DNA of 64,000 nt from Chiloscyllium plagiosum. Lineage: Eukaryota. The notes under the pieces are model-generated. The model was not told the origin of the DNA and did no database searches. It saw only the letters and a program-made list of their open reading frames with translations. The stretch is from positions 37,534,288-37,598,287 of the forward strand of contig NC_057726.1 in the NCBI RefSeq assembly GCF_004010195.1, given 5' to 3'. This document shows, one piece after another, positions 47,699 to 59,844 of this stretch. A program made the position numbers and the translations under genes. Positions within the stretch are counted from its first letter, which is position 1. Each line of letters starts with the position of its first letter.

Positions 47699-49289
47699 GA
47701 TTGCAGACAGAGTGGAGCTGGAGGGGCCAGGAACCTCTACAACGTCCTGTGAGGAGATTTCTGGGGAGCACTGTTTATTGCTTCTTCTCCTGCTGGGTGC
47801 CTACTGGCACCATCCTGTCTTCTTGTGAGAAAGGGGTACCTGGAGTGAGGTTAACGTGTGTTGAACTCCTGTTGCCTTGCCATTGGTGCTGAGCACAAGT
47901 ATCTATGCTATTTATTTGTACAAATCTGCAATGAAATTGTTGGGAAGCTCAGTTTTCTCAGATACACATTCTGACATTTTCATGTGAACTTGATATTGTT
48001 AAGATATTGATAATAGCCAATTATGAATGAGGTAGAAGGATGCAGGATGCCATTTTGTATGTAAATAATTCACCTCCAAGCAAAATGAGAACTCAGCTTA
48101 CTTACATCACAATTTTTCTAAATTCCTAGAATAACACATGTATGCAGTCTATAGAGGAGTGTACAAATTTGAAGTCACTTAATCCTTCATGATAAAATCT
48201 GCACACTGATTTCAAATCTAGCTGGCCATTTAGTTGAATCCAAGAGCATTATTTATACTTCCAATACTTTTTAATGAAGTCACAAATTGTATTCTATTAA
48301 TTTTATGAGCTTTCCATCAAGGAAAATTTATTTTGTTTATAAATCACCATTAATATAGGAAAATATCCAAGGGCATTTTTCAGAGGATGAAACAAAAAGT
48401 AATGGATAAAGTAGAAAGAGAATCTAATAGAATATATTTGAAAGGTACATTAATAAGATGTTAATATTTAAAATCTTTATCCTTACATGGAGGTTTGGCT
48501 GTTGACATCCAGATCGTCATGTTACTCTAGAGTACACTCTTCTTAGATCTTGATGTGCCTCTCATGTCATGTAGCATATCAGAATATTAGCGAGTTAGGT
48601 GTAGTGGGAGAATTTCCCCATGGGGGCAGATGCTCGTTTTTTCGTGACGAAAACCAAGAAGCTGACCTGGCTGCTTCACGATCTGAGAAATCTTTGCTTT
48701 CCTCAGGAGAAAGGATCATTACTCTGCTTGTAGCATCACATTGATTATGTTCTTATGCACCACAGTGACACCATGACATTCAAAGCTTCCGGTGTCTAGA
48801 TAATCAAAAATTATGTGCACATTCCAAAATCCACACCAAGACTCTATGAAACATAGGCTCACTGACTCAAGAATTACTTGGGATGTTTGAATTTAAAATA
48901 GGCAATTTTCATGCTCCTTAGAACACTCCAAAAATGTCTCGAGCTTTGAATCCTGGTGTAACTCCTGCATAAATATACAACTGAGTCCCTTCCAGTCACA
49001 TAGATCCCTGAACTCTTTCCACATGACTTCTCATCTTTCCATGTTGAACCCTCAACTTTTCTGCTCCTCCTTGTGGTCCTGCAATTGGAATTTAGGGAGC
49101 TAGTTAAAAAAATTACAATGTTCATAAAACATATAGAATACAATCTGTGATTTTATAAAAAAGAATTGGAAGTATAAATAATGCTCTTGGATCTATCTGA
49201 ATGGCCAATTAGAATTGGGATTAGTGTGCAGACTTTAGAAAACCTTGGAATTTTAGAAAGTAAATCTCTTTTTTAGAAATAGAATCAGT

Positions 49290-49692
49290 CTAAACACTAG
49301 GACACAGACAGCCTCACACAGGGCACCTCACATATTATTCAATGCATTATCTGAGACAACATGGCACCTATTTTTAAAGTTCACTTGAGAATGTAATTTT
49401 AAAATCAAGTTCTGGGATTTACATATGAAAGAACTGAAAACAACATGGTCATTCTAAAAGATGAGAGACTTTACAAACAATCCAGGTCTTTTTCAATATA
49501 TAATTTAAGTTGCATCACACTGTAAACTTTTGCTATAAATTCTGGTCTTACAATCTTATACTCCACAAAGACCTGATAAAGGAGCAGTGCTCCGAAAGCT
49601 AGTGCTTCCAAATAAACCAGTTGGACTATAACCTGGTGTTGTGTGATTTTTAACTTTGTACACCCCAGTCCAACACTGGCACCTCTAAATCC
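49290..49692 (+). mobile_element. PLE family B 3' region and pLTR
   Basis: acctgataaaggagcagtgctccgaaagctagtgcttcc...gtacaccccagtccaacac; homologous to 22028-22760. Confidence 0.85.
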
Positions 49693-49694
49693 TA

Positions 49695-49915
49695 GAAGCA
49701 TGGCATTTCAATGAGGACTGTATCAATAAAAACATTGATTTGGATCTCATCTACCATGCTCTGAGAAAAAGAACTGGAAATGACATCACCCACCCAAAGA
49801 AATCTAAGCACATAAATAGAAAGCAGGACATAACACCAGCACTTCATTGATAATTTAGCATGGTAACGCAACGTCTGAAAATGAACCTTCCAGCTTAGTG
49901 ACCAAACTTACTTCC
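49695..49915 (+). mobile_element. PLE family C 3' fragment
   Basis: EAWHFNEDCINKNIDLDLIY (GIY-YIG C-terminus) followed by the pLTR cacataaatagaaagcagg. Confidence 0.75.
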
Positions 49916-49924
49916 TGAAGTTAA

Positions 49925-50290
49925 GGAACAAAAAGTGTGCAGTTATCTTACTTGGGATATATATAAACCACCAAGTAGTGAGAAGGATATAGAGCAAAAA
50001 ATCTAGAGAAATAGAGAAAGTCATAGAGGATGTAACCATAGAATAGTTATAACAGGGGAATTGTCTATGTAATAATTAGGGTATCAATACTTTAAGGTGC
50101 AACAAACAGCAGATATTTCTAAATTATGTTCATGAGAATTTCTTACAGCAAAATGTGTCTAATCCAACAATAAAGGCCGCACTGCTAGATATAATTCTTG
50201 GGAATGAGATGGACCAATTACATCAAGTGACAATGTAGGTTATTCAGGGGATAGTGATCATTATGTTCTAAGGTTAGGATGGTGGTAATA
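49925..50290 (+). mobile_element. CR1 APE-endonuclease region remnant
   Basis: Decayed G.YY.PP (gggatatatataaaccacca), LLDIILGNE and GDSDH motifs. Confidence 0.6.
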
Positions 50291-50940
50291 ATGACATGTT
50301 TTTCTCAGTTTGCTAAAGCCAGGAAAGGTGTAGAGAAGAGCAGTAGAGATTCTCTGTGGTTTTAATAATTTGACAAGTATAATTGATCCTGTGAATCAAT
50401 ACCCACTATTGGAAACATTCTATATTTTAGATGCATGAGCAGATTTATGAGCATTGTCTGGCTTTTGCATGTTTGTCTCTTGACAGGGTTATAGATAAAG
50501 GTATCATGACATGAACATTTGCAGCTATAATGGCCTTAAACAAGGTTGTGCACTTTCTATCAATCTGTTCAGCACCCTGCTTGCTGAAGCAATACTGCTT
50601 AAGGGCTCAAAAGCTTAACAGTGGAGTGAATTCTCAATATTGTGGACTGTGTCATCTTTAAACTCTGTTAGGTGCACGTTCAAATGAAAGTAATGCAAAT
50701 CATCATTTGTGCCATATCTGTTACCATAGCTGTGGATCTTTGAATACTTTATTAGGATCAGTAGAGGCTAGCCTATTGGAAAACTTTTATCTTTCTATTA
50801 AGCATTGTCTATTTAATATATACAAGACAAGGAACACAGAGCTATCTCTCATTGGGGTCTTCTGTCATGCAATCTTACATTGGTGATAATGTAGACTGAG
50901 TATTTAAATATTCAACATTAACTCTTTATACTACTTTTTA

Positions 50941-51333
50941 TGATTAGATTCCCTTCAGTTATTTATTTATATAAATACAAGTTATTGTCTTTGAAACATC
51001 TGACTGATTTATGTCACAAAGCAGTATTAAATAAATTGTGGAAACAGGCCCTTCGACCCAACCAGTCCACACCGACCCTCCGAAGAGTAATCCACCCAGA
51101 CCCATTTCCCTCTGACGAATGCACCTAACACTATGAGCAATTTAGCATGGCCAATTCACCTAACTTGCACATCTTTGGACTGTGGGAGGAAACCGGAGCT
51201 CTCGGAGGAAACACACGCAGACACGGGGAGAACGTGCAAACTCCACACAGACAGTCACCCAAGGCTGGAATCGAACCTTGGACCCTTGGTGCTGTGAGGC
51301 AGCAGTGCTAACCACTGAGCCACTATGCCACCC
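50941..51333 (-). mobile_element. HE1-type SINE with a foreign 72 bp insert in its tail
   Basis: Canonical HE1 body 51040-51333; the tail tgattagattccct is displaced to 50941-50954 by a copy of 52094-52165. Confidence 0.9.
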
Positions 51334-51419
51334 CAACTCTCAACTCTGACTCTAGTTTAAATTTAATTGGTTATTTATATTTTTGTACACCATGTTCGTT
51401 GTCAGCTTGCTTTTCCAAC

Positions 51420-52100
51420 AAGCCCTTAATATGTTAAAAACTGGAAAACTCAAGTAATCATCTTCTGTCCCCACCAGTGGCTTTGCACCCATGTCATTAT
51501 TGTGACCCCCATCTTAGTTGTTTCCTTCCAATGAACTAGACTGTTCCAAATCTTGGTGTTCTATAACAGTCCAAGCTTAGCTCTAGTGAAATGCCAACTT
51601 TATATCCTATCACTTCCTTCTCATTTCATTATCCAAAAGCTCTTAGCCATACCTTTGTTATCTTTAGACTTGACTATGTCAATGCTTTCGATGGTGGGGT
51701 TACTGCTTTAATCATCTACAAACTTCGACCCACCCTTATTCGTCATAATCCCCTCGCATATCACCCTTACTCCGTGTTGACCTACATTAGATCCAATTTG
51801 AAATTCTGGTTTTGGTGCTTTAATTCCCTGCAATGGCCTCACACGTCCTACCTTTGTTATCTCTGTAACTCTGTAATCTCCTCTGGTTCCCCCTGCACAC
51901 ATCTGACTAACTGCATTAGCCTGCTCACTTCATTCCATTCTTGGTGCAGTGCCTTCAGTCACCCTGCTCTACAATACCCTCTGTACATCTCTTTGCTGTT
52001 TCACCCTCAATCAGAGCTTTTACAAACTCACCTCATTAGCAATGATTAATTATTTCTGAAGTGCGTTTATATATATTTCTACATTAATGAGGCTATATAA
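51420..52100 (+). mobile_element. L2-clade LINE 3' remnant
   Basis: HTFVIFRLDYVNA (compare L2 HAFVTSRLDYCN) in ORF 51591-52049; L2-type tail ggctatataaatacaag. Confidence 0.65.
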
Positions 52101-52866
52101 ATACAAGTTATTGTCTTTGAAACATCTGACTGATTTATGTCACAAAGCAGTATTAAATAAATTGTTCTTTTAGCTATTTACGTGACAACATTTATATTGC
52201 ATTTATGCATTTCTAGGCATCATTTTTCTCTTTATTACACTGCATAACATGATCTTCATTAAATTACTGTTACATAAAAGTCAATTATTGAAACAATCTT
52301 TTATCTGTGACAGAAATTGTTCTGTTAAATTTCAGCAGTGTTCAGAGATTTGGATTGGTGAGGTTAATGATTTTTTTTTAAAAAAGATCAACAGAGAGAA
52401 TCATTTTCAAGCAGGCCTTTACAGTTTTCTTGAAGTAAACAGTTAGAATTGCAAAATAAATGGAGCAGATAATTGCCACAAAATGTGATCAGGCCTGAAA
52501 ATGGGCACGGGGATCGTAAGGCATGATTAACTCGATTAACTCTGCGTTGCCTACTCATTATAATGATTGTATATATGCAGCCTGTGCTAAGCCTGCTGCT
52601 GAATGTTTCATGCCTGAGCAACAAGCTTAGATTGTGAGAGGCAAGCACCTCTTAAGGCTACTATATACTATTTAAAAACAAGGTCGAATTTAACAGAAGT
52701 AGGTACTGGAAGTTTCTGAGGGAGAGTTGGGAGAAGATGGGAAAATGGTGTAACAAATCAGAGAGCATGCTCCAATGTTTTTCAAAACAGAATTGGAGGC
52801 CTTGACACAGGAAGCGATGGGAAAGGAACACATTGTCTGTAGGTAATCTAGTACACTCAATTTGAT

Positions 52867-53216
52867 GCGGCTAGGTGGCTCAGTGGTCAGCACTGCTGCC
52901 ACACAGCGCTAGGGACCCAGCCTTGATTCCACCCAATGGTGACTGTCTATGTGGAGTTGCATATTCTCCTCCTGCCTGCGTGGATTTCTGCCAGGTGCTC
53001 CAGTTTCCTCCCACAGTCCAAAGATGTGCAGGTCAGGTCAATCAGATGTGCTAAATTACCGATAGTGTTCAGGGATGTGTTGGTTAGGTATGTTAGCCAT
53101 GCGAATTACAGATAAAGCTAAGGGGATGGGTCTGATTGGGATGATCTTTGGAGGGTTGGTGTGGACTTGTTGGGCCACAGGGCCTGTTTCCACACTGTGG
53201 GCATTCTGTTCTATTC
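52867..53216 (+). mobile_element. HE1-type (V-SINE) SINE
   Basis: ggtggctcagtggtcagcactgctgcc...ttcctcccacagtccaaagatgtgcagg...gggcctgtttccacactgt. Confidence 0.9.
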
Positions 53217-53599
53217 AATTTATCGTCACCAGTTTACTCACTTCTCAACCAATCTTTTATCACAACTCATACTTCACAGTCATAGTTTATTCTCACACTG
53301 GCACACCTAGCATTGCTACAAGTCTCCCACCCAGATCTCACTGTCAACCATTGAATCATGTTGCTTGTGAATCAGGATGCACAACTTTTCATGTACTATA
53401 GGGCTCATCTACAGTAATCCAGGCAATGGAAGTATTGCTCAAACATGAAACCTCAATTGTCTCAACTCTAACATTTCATTTTGCATTATATGCATACAGG
53501 ACATGTGTTCACAGTCAGCAGATATCTCTGGTTGCCCAATAGTCACCCTCTTCTTTTTCATGCTGGCTTAAATGCTGATTGTGTAGTGCATAGGTGCAG

Positions 53600-54440
53600 A
53601 ATAAATGTACCATGACTACCACAGGATAGTGAAACTTTGACCTGAATGATGAATAGCAGGATGGGAAGAAAGGACAAGGAGATGGTGCAGCTCTTTTAAT
53701 AAAAGAGTAGATCAGCATAATAATGAAAATGATCTTGGTTTGGAGGGGCAGAATGTAGAATCAGTTTGGGTGGGCATAAGAAATGGCAAAAAGAAGAAGT
53801 GACTGTGAAATAGTTTATTATCCCCCTTGCAGTAATGACACTGTGGCACAGAGTTAATATTCAGAAATAATTGACCTTTGTAAGAGAGGTACTGCAACAC
53901 TCATGGGAGACTTTAACCTTCACTTAGATTGAATTAATTGAATTAACAGAAGTAGACCAGAGGTTAAATTCTTAGAGAGTAGTTAGGATAGATTATTAGA
54001 AAAAAAAATTAGGAATAACCAGGGAACAAGCTATTTTAGATATGTTAATGTATAATGACACTGAATTAACTAACTATGTGCCTCATAATAAAAGACCCTA
54101 CTGGGAAGAGTGATCATAACATGATAGGATTTCACATTCACATTCACAGTTTGTAATTGAGAGATATGGGCTCAACACTAAAGCCTTAAACTTAAATAAA
54201 GAGAATTACAACATTGAAAAACTGGATTGAGAATGTAATATAAAGGTAAGATGTATAAAAGCAGTGACAGAGATTTAAGCAGATACTTCGTAACTTTCAG
54301 CAAAGACCCAATGAGATAAAATGATAATAAACTCCACCCACCACCCCCTGTCAATCAATCTGAGATTGGAAAACTACATCTGGAGACAGAAAGTAGAAAC
54401 CTATAGGCCAGATAATCTAACATTTGTTATTGGGGAAAAT
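53600..54440 (+). mobile_element. CR1 endonuclease-region remnant
   Basis: GDGAALLIK, LMGDFNLHLD and LGKSDHN-like APE motifs. Confidence 0.7.
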
Positions 54441-55621
54441 TGCAGGAAGTAGTATGAGACAACTGTTGAAATTAGACTTTGATCATATGTCACATCTGTA
54501 GACTCAGTCAGGAACTAACCTGAAAGTAGTTGGGGATCCCTTTAAATAGCATAGGTGGGTGAGGTCTTTCCTGCACTAACTGCATGATTGGTTGAAAGAG
54601 CAAATTATTTGTAGAAGCCGAAATGGCGGCACGCTTGTTTGATCATCTTTACACTCTGACATCATAATTGCCCTTTCATACATTAGAAACAGAGGTAAAT
54701 GTGATGGCTTCCATTCTGGGCCTAACAGAAAGCCCCTGTAGTGCCAAAACCATAGTGTTTGGCTCATGCTTTCACCAGAGCCTCAAAGGAATGGAGAAAG
54801 AAGAAATTAGAGAGGGTTTAGGAGTGAGATTAAAGGTTCAAACTGAAAATGCTTTACATTCGTTCATCTGTTCTGAGGGATTTCCCCTTCTGAATTGTCT
54901 GGGTGGCATCATGGAGGTGAAACTGGGAATCTGTCCAATTAATGTACTAATTCATAAACAATTTTTAATTGTCTCTGTCCAGTTGTATCCAACTATTGCC
55001 CTTTCTCAATGTCTGGTAAAACTAGAAATGGCATTCACTGAATACTAGTACACTGCACAGAAGAAACTAGGAAATGTTCCTGTGCAGAGTTGTTCCTATT
55101 CATGTAGTAACTCTGTAGATTATGGGATTGAACATCACGGATGCAATCATGAGCCTAAATATGCTGTTCAAGTTACTGACAAAGCATTTTATCTGATTCG
55201 AAACATTCTGTAGGATATGGCACAGTAACTGTGTCTACACATTTTAGATTTTTGATCTGGAGTACAGTCAGTGGTATCATATGCTTTGTTTTGCTCGGTT
55301 TAGAATTCTGTTTGATTCAGTTGATTAATGCTTATGATCTCAGCTTTTTTTACAAAGCTGTTGTGAGCTGCAGAATAGAAATCTACTGCTGAAAGTGTGT
55401 GTTCCAGATAGGGACAATGCAATATTTATGGGCATTTGTCCTACATTTTGTACACATTTGGTTAAATTCCCATATCTTGTGATGATTGACGATGGTGAGG
55501 AGATTGCACAGATGTTTGCTGTTCAAGTGTCTAAGGATGCATGAGCAGTTTAACACTAATTTTCATTTTATTAAAAGAATAAATTTATTGGTATATTTGA
55601 ATTCTATTATTGAAGGCAACA

Positions 55622-56150
55622 AGGGGCAGAATGTTCCACTACTGGAGGTAGGAAGGGTATTGAATTAGGCAGGGTCCTGCCATTTCAGACTCAGGGCCTT
55701 CCCTTCACCATCAAAATTAAGTTCTGGTTGGGAAGGTACATGATCAGCTTTCTATTCTTGTTGCCAATTGAAGGTCTTAACAATTAATGACTGAGGGAGG
55801 ACCCATTGCCATTTGGATTAATCTAGCTGCAGGTGAACCTGTTGCCTTTGGGCCTTCATGATAGTTGCTAACTTACAGGCAGCTTGTTACCTCAAGGAAC
55901 ACTTAGATCAGAAGTAATCAGTGCCTGATCAAAGGACTGAAATCAGACATGAGGTTTCTGCAAATCTGCCCCACCACATCCTGTGGCCCCACAACCCCAG
56001 CCCAGGAAATAACCCTTCCTCCACTTCCCCTGGCCTTGTTCTGGGCTGTCCATGCACCTAGGAATCCGATGTAGTAGTGGTGTTCTTTAGGCAATATCCA
56101 CTGTTCCTTCTGTGGCACTGCTGAGACAACAGATCCTGGTGGATCAGCTG
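55622..56150. mobile_element. Harbinger-type non-autonomous repeat remnant
   Basis: Begins gggcagaatgttcc; internal gccaattgaaggtcttaacaattaatg resembles the palindromic core of these shark repeats (from memory). Confidence 0.35.
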
Positions 56151-56811
56151 GCAGTGCTCACTGGGCAAGTCTCTAGGTCAGGGTACTGACTCTAGGAGAA
56201 GGCCCATGGAGGTGTCACCACTGCCTGGTGAAATGTGGCCGAGTGGACCTTCTCTGGAAGACGCAGCATGGGCTGTCACCAGCTCTCCAAACAAAAGGAA
56301 GACTCTTGATATCTCAATGTGGTTCCAGCCAATGTTAGTAAGGCCCAGAAACTGAATAATATAGCAAATAAAAGCGGTCAGCATCATGCTCCAATGCAAG
56401 TTTCAAAAAGAATGTGAAGGGAGCTTATTCTCATAATGATTCACAATTTGAAATGGTATGGGGAATATTAGTTTCTAATTAGTAGAGAAACATTCCAGAA
56501 AGCAGAAATTGATATGGGCAGAAGTTAAAGGAGGCAAAGATAAAAAACTTGCAAGAGTAGATGTGATCACTTAACAGAGGCCTGGAAGAGTTAGTAAGAA
56601 GCAGATAATGTGAAGATTTCAAATTTTTTTTGTGCCGAGGAGCTTATATTCTTAGCAGGATCCACCTAGAAAGTACAATTTACGTTTGTCTCACGTATAG
56701 TATGGAATATGCATTGATTAGGTACGCTTATGATATCATTCCTGCTTCACGATATGTGACCTGTCGGTATAAAGATCTCAGCCTCCAACCTGCTGGTTCC
56801 ACTTGTAGCAT

Positions 56812-57261
56812 AGGAGAAAGTGAAGGTGGGGGAGAAGATGAGAGGTCAGAGAGGAGGGTGGAGTGTATGGATGAGAAAGATGATGTATAGGGTCCCAAGG
56901 TGAAGAAGAGGCCTTCTTCCTCTGCCTTGGGACCCTGAAACCCCACGGATTAATGTGAATTTCACCAGTTTCCTCATTTCCGCTCCCTCTGCCTTATCCA
57001 AGTTCCAAGCCTCTAACTTGGCACTTGACCTGTACGTCATCTTTTTATCACCTTCTCTGACCTATCACCTTCTCCCTGACCTTCATCTATCTATCACTTT
57101 CTCAGCTATCTTCCCCCCAGCCCCAACCCCCTCCCATTTATCACTCAGCCCCCAGACCGCAAGCCTCATTCCTGATGAAGGGCTTATGCCTGCAATGTCG
57201 ATTCAATTGCTCCTTGGATGTTGCCTGACTGGCTGTGCTTTTCCAGCACCGCACTCTTGAC
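56812..57261. mobile_element. PLE family A insertion with inverted 5' part
   Basis: aggagaaagtga inverted tail, an antisense GIY-YIG fragment, then sense 3' region and pLTR with mutated hammerhead (cctgatgaagggcttatgcctgcaatgtcg); TSD tccacttgtagcat (56798-56811 and 57262-57275). Confidence 0.85.
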
Positions 57262-57687
57262 TCCACTTGTAGCATGACATGCTGAAGAAACATACAATAG
57301 TTTGTAATCAAATTACTCAGTACCAACCAAGGCATGGCTGTGCCTATGTTTGCAACATATGTAGATGTAGAAACTGTACTAAATGTCAATTAAGTATTTC
57401 AGTACTAGGTTGGCCATATCTAGTTCTTATTTTGTTGGAGCTAATACATATATTGCCTTATGAGGTACAAATAACTTGCTGAAATTAAAAACACATTACT
57501 GCATTTATGACAGATTATGAGAGCAAGTCAGGTCACTTGTACAAGTGGGATATTCAGCCAGATTTTAAATGTTTCCTGAATGACCTATAATAGTAACAAT
57601 ATACCTGGAAAGAGCATCTGATATTGAAAGTCATCATGGTGCAACTGGTTCTGTAAAGTGAAATGCTAATCTTGTGCTTGCATTGAA

Positions 57688-57830
57688 AGAGTTGGAAAGT
57701 GTGGTGCTGGAAAAGCACAGCAGGTCAGGCAGCATCTGAGAAGCAGGAGAGTCGATGTTTTGGGCATAAGTCCTTCGTCAGGAATGTGTCCCACACTTTT
57801 TGATTCTGATTTTCAACATCTGCAATCTCT
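57688..57830 (-). mobile_element. PLE family A pLTR
   Basis: gtgtggtgctggaaaagcacagcaggtcaggcagcatc...cttcgtcaggaat plus a short inverted tail. Confidence 0.8.
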
Positions 57831-58644
57831 TTTACATAAAGAGAGTAAATTATCTGAAATGAAGCATTTTATTCTTAAAAAAAAGTCCACGGAAGATTCA
57901 CATAAATATTTTCGAATGAAATAGAGAAAAATCTTGAATTATTATTTTGGTGAACATCAAAACCTTGAAGAGGAAGCTTATTGGAGAAGCCCTAATCCTA
58001 ATCTAATCTGCATGGTTTTCAGAACTAATTGCTGAAACTCAAGATTGTATTTAGTACTACCAAATAATCCAGTTTGAAATGAGCTATCAAAGTGGATCCC
58101 TTTGAATTTGCCAACTCTTAAAAGAGTTTTGTATTGTGACAAGCTGCTGAAGTTTGATCTGTAAGAGATTGGGCAGGAGGGTGTTGAACCCAACCTCCAC
58201 AACAGAACAGTAACAATAGTCCTGTCATTCTGAATGGTTCTGAAATCAGATGGTCAAAATCTTACTGATGAGTGGCACCCAACTAAGGTGACGGTTAAGT
58301 GGCAGCTACTTAAATATTCCAATCGTTTATTTGGTAATTGCTAGGGAATGCATCTTCTTAAACATTCATCTATAGTTTGCTGTACTAAGAGTCTTCAGTC
58401 CCATATTTCTACAGCCATTTCGAACAAGTTTAGTGACAAAATCATTGTTATAATGCTATGTTAAGATATTTTAACGAATCCTTATAAGCAATTTGTATTG
58501 TCCAGTGTCATCCAAGATAATTTCTTCAGAACAATAAGCTGCAATGAATAGTATTTGTTCAAAGAGTTGATTTCCTTTGAAGGGACTGAATAATTTCTGT
58601 TACCTTTTGTTGCTTTTATTTAATCAATAACTGCCATAACAAGT

Positions 58645-58770
58645 TGGTAAAAACAATGACTGCAGATGCTGGAAACCAGATTCTGGATTAGTGGTGCTGG
58701 AAGAGCACAGCAGTTCAGGCAGCATCTGAGGAGCAGTAAAATTGACGTTTCGGGCAAAAGCCCTTCATCC
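58645..58770 (-). mobile_element. PLE pLTR truncated within the hammerhead core
   Basis: gactgcagatgctggaaaccagattctggattagtggtgctgg...gacgtttcgggcaaaagcccttcatc. Confidence 0.85.
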
Positions 58771-59159
58771 ATCCCTGTCTTGTCTGCACTTTGAACACTT
58801 AAACACATGATGTTAGAAAAAAAATCACTGTTTAAGTTTCTAATAAGCAGTTTAAATGCCTTTTATGGATTTGTGTTCTTTCCTAACCATATTTTTAAAA
58901 TCCAGAATATATCTTCAATACCAAAATTCAAGGAAAATGCTTATCAGAAAGTGCAAATGTTTTTCAGTAGTTTGACATCAGAATTATATGTAAATATGTG
59001 TTAATTCCATAATTGCAGAAAAAGTTTGAAATTATTGAAACTGCCACCTGAATGAAGACATACATCATATCGTGAAAAATTTAAAATAATCAAGGTAATT
59101 CGATGCTTGAAATTAAATAGTAAAGAGACAGTATGCTTTCAAAGATTTATAAAGTCAAA

Positions 59160-59382
59160 AACAGACATGCTGAACATAATCCCAAACTAAACTAGTCCCA
59201 CCTGCCTGTCCCTGGCCCATATCCCTCCAAATCTTTCCCATCCATATACTTATCCAAATGTCTTTTAAACATTGTAATTGTACCCACATCCACCACTTCC
59301 TCAGGAAGTTCATTCTGCATGTGAACCATATAAAATAATTGCCCTTGATGTCTTTTTAAAATCTCTCCCCTCTCACCTTAAC
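59160..59382 (-). mobile_element. CR1/HER1 3' fragment
   Basis: ctagtcccacctgcctgtccctggcccatatccctccaaatc; same family as 40896-41770. Confidence 0.8.
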
Positions 59383-59844
59383 CAGAGAAATTTGACAACA
59401 TGGAATAAGCATGTAGTCCTATCAGTTCCTAATCTTGCTTTAATGTACATTGTTGCTAAGCTATATAAATATGTAGCTGAGTTTGTCTTTAAATAATCAC
59501 TTTTTTGAAATAGTCTAACATTTGAAATTACTAAAAATCTAACTTATCTATTTGCACAACCATTTAAAAGGTCAGTCACATTCAACTCTTTGGATTAATA
59601 GATTTTTCTTTTACAAATTGTCTTAATTCACAAGAACTGTACTTTGTAAGGAGGAGACATTTTCTAGTAAGAAATGGAGGGGGAAAAGCATTAGTAAAAG
59701 TTGGAAAAATCACATGCAAAATCTGTAAAACCACAGAGACCAAAGCAGATGAAAGGGATAGAGACAACCTAAATGCTGTCATAACTATCACATAGGCAAA
59801 GCTGACACGAAGAATTGTGCTTGCTGGTTAACAAAGGGGCAGGA

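Noticed and set aside
56631-57357. Possible solo LTR (TG...CA, tataaa at 56768) interrupted by the PLE
   Set aside because: Ends and TSD could not be established; too weak to list as a feature.
57165-58770. Further family A hammerheads at about 57172, 57770 and 58750
   Set aside because: Core mutated (GCAA or AAAA in place of GAAA) or truncated within CUGAUGA; not expected to be active.
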